Shown: positions 56,708 to 64,000 of the stretch, piece by piece | How positions within the stretch are numbered: the first letter of the stretch is position 1 | Layout: every line of letters starts with the position of its first letter | Source: Dudresnaya verticillata | Taxonomy: Eukaryota | Assembly (NCBI GenBank): GCA_977862235.1 | Contig: OZ374559.1 | Location: forward strand, 186,001-250,000 | Direction of reading: 5' to 3' | Length of the DNA: 64,000 bases | The notes under the pieces: model-generated | Database searches by the model: none | The model's input: only the letters and a program-made list of their open reading frames with translations | Told to the model about the DNA's origin: nothing | Program-made: the position numbers and the translations under genes

Positions 56708-59129
56708 TTTTCTGCAACGGATACTGTAGCAGTAGCACCTGCAATCCTCCTTCATAAAAGACGCCTTGTCTCCAAACCAAGGAAAGAGAGACTCCCCGAG
56801 TAGGCCGGTTTGGGTGAAAACATCTGTTGACGTGTGCTTCTTCCATTGTTTTGCATAAAAGCCAATCTCGAGACTCCATTGAAAAGGTTTGTTCCACCGG
56901 GACGCCGGGATGCTGCGTATGGTCCACTCTGTGCGAAATCGCGAATCCATCGTGTCCTCATTCCTCACCTGCACACACACACATACGCACCGAATCCGGT
57001 GAATCGGTAAGTACAAACTGTACCAGGGTGAGGGGCATCATCGCGACCAAGCAAGGAACCTGTCTCCCTCCCAAAGGACCTCTACAACTGATTTACGCCT
57101 TCGCTCTCACAGCATAGAACATGAAGCGCGTCTTAACGGGAACATCATAGTGCCGAGAATGCCTTGCACAACACTTTCAACATCAGCATCCGACAACCAC
57201 ATTATTTACCTCGAGTCGCCCTCGGCGCGAAAATTCGCATTCGCCGTACACAGAGAGAGCGATCGGACCCGCTGTTGCTCACTCGCAGATCAATCCGCAA
57301 TGTCACGCAGCTTTCTCCAGCGGCAACGCAATGCAAGTCGTTGCGTGCTGGTCAGCACGCCGGTGCCGTTGTTCGCTTGACCAGGAAAAATGCATTTGCG
57401 GAATCCGCGATTCGCATTCGTAATTCTTGGAAAGGCATTTATTTCTGTGCAATTCGTATCTAAGAAGCTCTGCTTTGGTGCCAGCAGCGCCTACAAAGTT
57501 TGCAGCAGTCTTTGTCGCCCCCTCTCATCATACCTTCGATGGCACCAAACGTTTTCGCTCCTGCCTTCTGAGACTGACTGCGTCCTCCAGTACTGTTACG
57601 TACTATTCTGTACTATTAGGGTGATCCTAAAGGCCCGATCTCCAAGCAGGCCGGTATCGTATGTTATATAAAAGCCCAAGAGGAAAGCGGGAGGAGCTAG
57701 GGGAGAGCTCCGAGCGAGGGTGAAGACGACTGTGGATTCGGTCAGCTGGACGTAGGGTCAGTATTCAGAGTGGCATTGGGAAACGAGTCGGCCATCTGTA
57801 GCAAACTAATAGGTGTTTCAGTCTCAAAGGGTTCTCTTTATTTTCTCTGCTGTCCGTTTCGCCGCCCCACCGGTCCAGTTGGACACGCTCTTTTTCTCTG
57901 CAAAATGCCCCCATTTAGTGCGCCAATGACTTCACCTTCTGAACAAGTTCGCTTCCGGTACCAGTATACCGTAGCCCCATGAATTCCACGAAGAGGCCAA
58001 AGACTGGTATCTCCCTGCAGGAATGCATTTCCTACCCAAGATCCTCATGTTCTTGAAAGCAGGCATAAAAAAATGAGTTGAGGAAGAGGACATTTACGTC
58101 ATATATACCTTTCAAGGTTCTCCTTTCGGCGTAGTTTCCGTGCAGTTCCCGTCCAGGATCGCTTGGTGCACGATTTCTCCACAAGCTTCTTCATTGCGCA
58201 TATCTCTATCGCTAATGATCTCCTCGCATTGGCGACTGAAATTAGCTTTTTCTTTCAGCTTCTGCCCAATATGCCTGGAATACGACCCGTTCTTGACAGC
58301 TCGATTACAAACATTCCCGATCACGTATTCGGAAAATTCTTCATGGGAAAGCCCATCGATAGTAGGCGCTGTGGACAGGCCCTGGATAATAGGCCTGTAC
58401 TGGGAGAGGTCAGTTGGCTTGGAGGTGCCAGCTGGCTTGGAGAGGCCAGATCGCGGGGGGACGTCAGTTAACTTGGGTTGGTCAATTAACTTGGGGAGGC
58501 CGGCTGAAATTTCATCAGCTGTCTGGGAGCGGTCATGTAGGCTTCGATGTGCTCCTCCACGGTTCCTGGGATCTTTGAGACTACTCTCTCGGGGAACATC
58601 AGATGGAGCAATTTTCTTTTTGCCTCCTTTTGGGCCCATCTTGATGGGTGGAGACATGCGTGCAACGCCAGATTATCCGGCAGCAGTGGTGTTGTAAGCA
58701 GTTATACCTCTTGGAGGTTGTTTGTGAACAGGCTCGGGTCGGTTCTAGGTGGCTGTGCCGACTCAGGGCATCGGGTTTAGCTCGCTAGCGCTGTCCCTTT
58801 TATTCCGGCGTTTGCAAAATTGCCAACGCCGAGTTTCCCGGCAATGAAGAAGAGCAATAATTTGCCGACAAAGTCCGTCGAGGGCAATTTTCCCGACGAA
58901 GACTTGAAACGCCGTCGGGGGAAACTTTTCCGCAAAAGTGAGAGCTGTGCCATCATTTCCCCGTTTTTCGCACAGACTTTGCACACCGGGTACGTTTTTT
59001 CCCTCTCCGCGGACTTTTTCCCAAAATATGCGGACTCGCAGAAGTACAGAAAGAGTTTCCTGGTCGAGTTCGTTTTCAGAGAGGTCGTGCTACTACGCTG
59101 TGTAGTTTTATTCTTTTCTGGGGAAATGC

Positions 59130-60650
59130 ATGGTCATTTTAAAAAGAAACGTAGGAGGGCTTGTGCTATTGTCGATGTAGAAAATTTCGTCGTTTCTCTG
59201 ATATCATCTTCTCCGTGCTTCAATTGAGCCCAACTTCTCACCGAAACCGATAACGAAAAAAGATGGGCATTCCTAAACGGATCAGATTGTACGGTAATGG
59301 TTTTTATCGTGGCAAGAAGGTTGCCGTATGCGATTTGAAGCGGTAACAAGACCCACATGAGAGCGTTTTCATATATCGGGAAATCAAGCTCCTACTCTGC
59401 TGCTCCTTCCTAGCTATTAATTTTTATCAACAAAGGTTCAAAATCTTTGCAACCCTGCATAAAACAATTATACTAGTATTACCCGTTTGGAACAGGATGT
59501 AGTTGCGCATGGGTGGTTGTTATTTGGATACTCCTCGACATCGAGCCGCATCATGATTCGTAAAAAACCCGTAGCGACTGCGTTAAGCAATTAGCAAGAA
59601 TGCTTTCTTCAGGGTATGGAAATACCAAACACTTCAAGAGACAGATGCATATGATCGTGCACAGGGGAGGGGGGATTTTGGTATGGTATACCGAGCCCGC
59701 GGATACTACAACGCAAGCGAGACAACACTTTTAACATGATCTGGGTATCATACTCAAGTGCCTGCGTATGCTTGGGAAACAAGAGCCTATTTGGCAAACA
59801 TACTGCGCTTGACCCCCAAGCCCTGGCCCCCGGTTGCTGGAACTGTGCTCGAGGAAGTCGGGGATAGTGTCCGCAGAAAAGAACTACTCGACAGCAGCTG
59901 ATAAAGTCATTCTCGAGTATCAGGTTGGAGGGGTCGCTGTTTGACTTCCATGGTATGACGAGAAGGTGTGGAATAAGACTAAGTTGGGCTTCAGCGTTCC
60001 TCCCATTATGTTATTGGGGAACGTCCCTTCGGATGGAAGTCGCGGGAATGACAGCCATTCGAAAGCGAAACACCCTATTGGCGAAACTACAAATCTTTGT
60101 TCCACCGAGAGGTTCCACATTTCACAAAACCTCTGCTACATTGTTGTTCCATATCAGTATCTAGGTGGCGCGACCTGTCGAAGCATGAACGCACCGCATC
60201 TATCGATCGACAGTGTGGCACGGAAAATTGCCGTTCTGATCCCTACCGGAGCCATTTTCAGGTCGCCTTGTAGCCAGCAACTGGCACTAAGCCACTAATG
60301 CGCTGTATGGAACGAAGAAGTGTCGCAGGCAGGATCAAATTGGCGGTGCACCAAACACACCCGCGGGTCACAAAGCATTGGAAATGGACTCCCCGGCTTC
60401 GTTAGAAGAAAAAGTGGCGGCAATATCCTTTAACAGCTGTAGCCGTTGTGCGATCCTCCGAAGCATTGCTTCTTTCCATTGGAGCCAATGGAACTTGTCC
60501 TGAAGTTTCTTCCATGTTTTGTCCTAAAGCCATCAAATCCCAAGCCAGAAAAGTATGTATTTGCGTTCAGCATCGAGTATATACGGGTGTACACAACGGG
60601 CTGAACATCAAGCAAAGCACCTTCCATTATGCATTAGGCTAGTTCCCGAC
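59130..60650 (-). pseudogene. Possible very decayed hAT-like transposase relic
   Basis: GLGFDGFRTKHGRN resembles the hAT DGW motif and SVSVRSWAQLKH resembles the S..ERxWS dimerisation motif, in the expected order. Weak. Confidence 0.25.
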
Positions 60651-61871
60651 TCACTTTGTCATCTTGTCAGAGGACTTAGTCGTCTATCCTTGTCCCCCTT
60701 GTCGAACGGCATCTAGCTGCATGAGGGACAATGGTGGATGAAGTCTCTTTTAAACCTCTGAAGGTAGATTCCAGAGCGCAAAATGTGCAGCCAAGTGCAG
60801 GTGTGGGTGAAGGAGCGACAACACACGCATCATGAGGGTGGATGTCAACTATTACTTGCTGGTGCGACAGAAGTAGCGTCTGTTTGACTGCGTTTCCGGC
60901 AGCAAACGTACCCCAACTGTTGTGATACAACTGTGCACAAGGGCACTCTTGTGATTAATGCTGTTATTCATGCCTTGGAAATACCATGGCAATGCAGTTC
61001 AGCGATGAGGTCTAGCTTGGGGTGCTGGGACTTGCCCTGCACCTCATGCTATCCCTCAAAAAGGAAAGAGTCTACTCCGTCACGATGGACAGCTAGTGCT
61101 GTGCTTTCACAAACGCGAGATTACCACGACAGCCCTTTGTGAGTCCCGTCCCATTCGCGAACGTGAATGGCAATGGTCGCAAATCCCCGCGAGCCGCCAC
61201 CAACGTCCACCACTCCTTCACAGTCGTAGGCTTCCGACGCTGAGAGTTCGTGTTGCACTGTCGACGAGCTCTCGCAACGATGTTCATGTTCGGCTGTACA
61301 ACGCAGCTATTACGTTTTCCTTTTTGCCGACAACGTTCGGGCATGTATGTTCAGTCCCTCGGGATGAGATGATCCTCTTCAAGATAGTGCCTTAGCAAGC
61401 GTCCGCGCGCAGGTTTGGTGTAAGACCGTGCCTGGAAGGGACACCAAGGTTTTTTTTGTCAGGCACACGCATGACATTGGATAACGAGCCTTGAGAAACC
61501 GAGTACAATCCTGGTCAAACCCGGCCACTGCCAAGTCCAGTTTGCGCCTGGCAACATGCCCTTCTACTGACGTGTAGTCCAGGGCAATACCGCGCCTGTA
61601 GTCTAAGCGGCGCCCCCTGTTGGCACTTCTGTCCCCTGCCCGTTGGTCGTTGCTAGGATGTTACCCAACCCACCACTCCGGGATGCTCTGTGTAACTGTT
61701 GTGGTTATTGCCCCTTTTGCGTGAAATTCGCACTGGAAGCTCTGAGAGATACGTAGTCGCCATCCAGGCCAGGCGTCGCTGAACATGCGGACGTCTAGCC
61801 ACCTTCCTTGTACCATTGCACAGAACCGCCTGTATGCGACAGCCACCTTTTTTTGCCCTTAAAGATTATCT

Positions 61872-61910
61872 CTTCTCTCTCGTCTCTCTCTCTCTCTCCC
61901 TCTCTCTCTG
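61872..61910. repeat. Imperfect (CT)n microsatellite upstream of the peroxidase gene
   Basis: CT dinucleotide run. Confidence 0.75.
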
Positions 61911-62008
61911 TCTCCCTTCTGCAAAAGCTCTTCTTTTCGGAACGACAAGCACACACGAACAGAACTTCTGGTACGTCGCATTCGCAGCAGCACTAGCTAG
62001 TCTGCACA

Positions 62009-63661
62009 ATGGCAAAGCAAGTCCCGCCCTTCGCAGCAACCCTGCTGTTTCTGCTTCTGCTGCTCCCATATACTCTGGCGCAGCCGCCGCGTGCGAACGG
62101 CATCGATTCCGAATTTCTAAGCCCAATCGACCCAGCCCCGCTCCTGAGAAGAGTTCCGAGGCCGCCACGTGGTGAGATAACTGTCTCGCCTTCTTCAGTG
62201 CTGAACAAGTCGGTAAAGCCCACTCCTGATGCCGTTCGCGCCGAACCATCGCCGTCAATCTCCCTGGTCCCAATTCGGCAAGAACCGGACTTGGCCGCCC
62301 TTTTTTTGAGCACCGACGAGAGAGAACAGCAGAGCATTGCCGACCATGACCCCTGTCGCGTGCAACGCCCAACTGCAAGAAGCTCAAATGCCGGACTATC
62401 GACGGCGTCTGCACTGGCGTGAAAGACTCGATGTGGGGTGCCGCGAGAAGCCCACAGTTTTCCTACTTGGACGACCATACCTCACTCTTCGTTGGGGGCG
62501 TGGGGCTCAAGTCTGCACGGGAATTATCGAATATTTTGTCGAACCAAGTCGGCATTACAAAAAAAAGCAAGGCCTCAACGAGCTCTTCGTATTCTTTGGC
62601 CAGTTCTTGGACCACAACCTCGTCGCCACACCGGCAGAGGATGCTGTCTGGAACATTGAGAACCCTGACGGACCGCCATTGAAGTTCACTAGGTCCACTC
62701 GGGCGTTCACTGGAGAGAACAGCAATCAGCGCCCTGTTAATTCGATCACTTCAGCTATTGACCTTGACGCAGTATACGGTTCCAATGATGAGCGCCAGGA
62801 GGAGCTGCAGGAGTTTGTCGGCGGTTCACCGACGGGACGTCTGCGAACATCAGGAGACAATCTTCTCCCTCTCAACAAAGCCAGTGGCGGTGTGTACAAC
62901 GCTCCCGACTCGAGTGATGACTTTTTCGCAGCTGGAGATCATCGTGTCAACGAACATCCAGTCCTCGCGTCGATCCACACTATCTTCATGTGAGAGCACA
63001 ACAGGCTTTGCGAAGAAATCAAGAACAAAATACCGTTCCTCTCTGGCAAAGAGCTGTACGAGTATGCCCGCAAGATCAACGTCGGACAATTCCAGAAGAT
63101 CGTATACGAGGAGTTCTACCCGGCGATAATCAAGAAGAAGCTGAAGAAGTACAAAAAGTTTCAGAAGAACGTCAACCCGACTGTGAGTGACGTATTCGCG
63201 GGGGCGGCATTTCGAGTGGGACACACTATGGTTGGCAATGATGTGAAGAGAACCAACGCCGCGGGTGCTGCTTTGCCACCATTTAAGATGGCGGCCATCT
63301 TCTTCCGCCCAGCCAGCGCCTTTAGCGTGGATGAAATGGAGAACGTTATTCGAGGGGCAGCGGGTAACTTTGCTCAGGAGGTAGACCTTATGGTGGTGGA
63401 CGCACTTCGCAACATGCTGTTCGACGCGGTGCAGATGGAAGATGGGTTTGACCTGGTGGCGCTGAATATCCAGCGAGGGCGGGACCACAACCTACCCAGC
63501 TTCAACGAGATTCGAGAGAAGATTTGCGGGCTGAAGGCAGTGACAACGTTTGCAGAGATCACGTCGGACAAGGAGGCGCGGGACAATTTGGCTGACGCGT
63601 ACAACACTGTGGATGAAGTCGAGGCGTGGCCTGGACTAGTGGCGGAGGATAAGGCGAATAA
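62009..63661 (+). pseudogene. Secreted animal-type heme peroxidase (peroxidase-cyclooxygenase superfamily), disrupted and 3'-truncated
   Basis: Signal peptide; motifs CRTIDGVC...[68 protein letters not shown]. Two frame changes near homopolymers (~62301 T7, ~62559 A9) and a TGA at 62991-62993. Confidence 0.9.
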
Positions 63662-63937
63662 GTACCCCACAACGCCGATGGCCACGACTGGTGGAGTTTC
63701 AATGACAGTGACGGCCTCGACAACCTCCTTCTTGTGCAGCTTGGAACCCGGCTTGTTAACATCGCGGACGATATGGGTCATACCGGCCTTGTAGCCCATG
63801 AAGGCGGTGAGGTGGCACGGCTTCTTGGGGTCATCCCTCGGAAAAGACTTGACCTTGCCGCGGTGGCGAGCCGCGCGCTTCTTGGGAAGAAAGGCCAGCG
63901 AGCCGTGGCGCGGCGCCTCGAACTTGCGGTGAGACAT
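63662..63937 (-). pseudogene. RPL3: 60S ribosomal protein L3, N-terminal 92 codons only
   Basis: [22 protein letters not shown]...[17 protein letters not shown]...[13 protein letters not shown]...GVVGY is the canonical eukaryotic uL3 N-terminus. The frame then runs into antisense peroxidase sequence. Confidence 0.92.
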
Positions 63938-64000
63938 CGCAGCCAGATTCCTAGGGCCCTTGGTTCGTTCGCAAAATTCAGAGAGATGTTTGGGGGCCGA

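Noticed and set aside
58112..58657. 181-aa ATG-initiated minus-strand ORF
   Set aside because: Could be a TE gag/ORF1 fragment or an orphan gene, but no motif is recognisable, so it is not called.

Overview
Eukaryotic, transposon-rich window with intron-less genes, most consistent with a florideophyte red alga (inferred from gene content, not proven). The first 35 kb is a nest of mobile elements. It holds the 3' half of a chromodomain Ty3/Gypsy element with a long antisense ORF and 3' LTR, an old LINE ORF1 relic, a decayed Harbinger-type DNA transposon, and a very young 5,280-bp APE-RT non-LTR retrotransposon inserted twice. One copy is a solo minus-strand element inside the Harbinger. The other is a 17.2-kb insertion made of three identically 3'-truncated 3,967-bp units plus one full-length unit, flanked by a single target-site duplication. 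Removing it restores an in-frame 163-aa secreted Cys-rich gene. The element has no poly(A) tail, both of its target sites start with GATA, its ~980-nt 5' UTR is densely base-paired, and ORF2 has no usable AUG. This element is the best candidate for an undescribed system. The rest of the window holds decayed TE relics (MULE-, Copia-, Helitron- and hAT-like), an FAD monooxygenase, a secreted triple-malectin protein, and a heme peroxidase pseudogene cut off by a convergent 5' fragment of RPL3.
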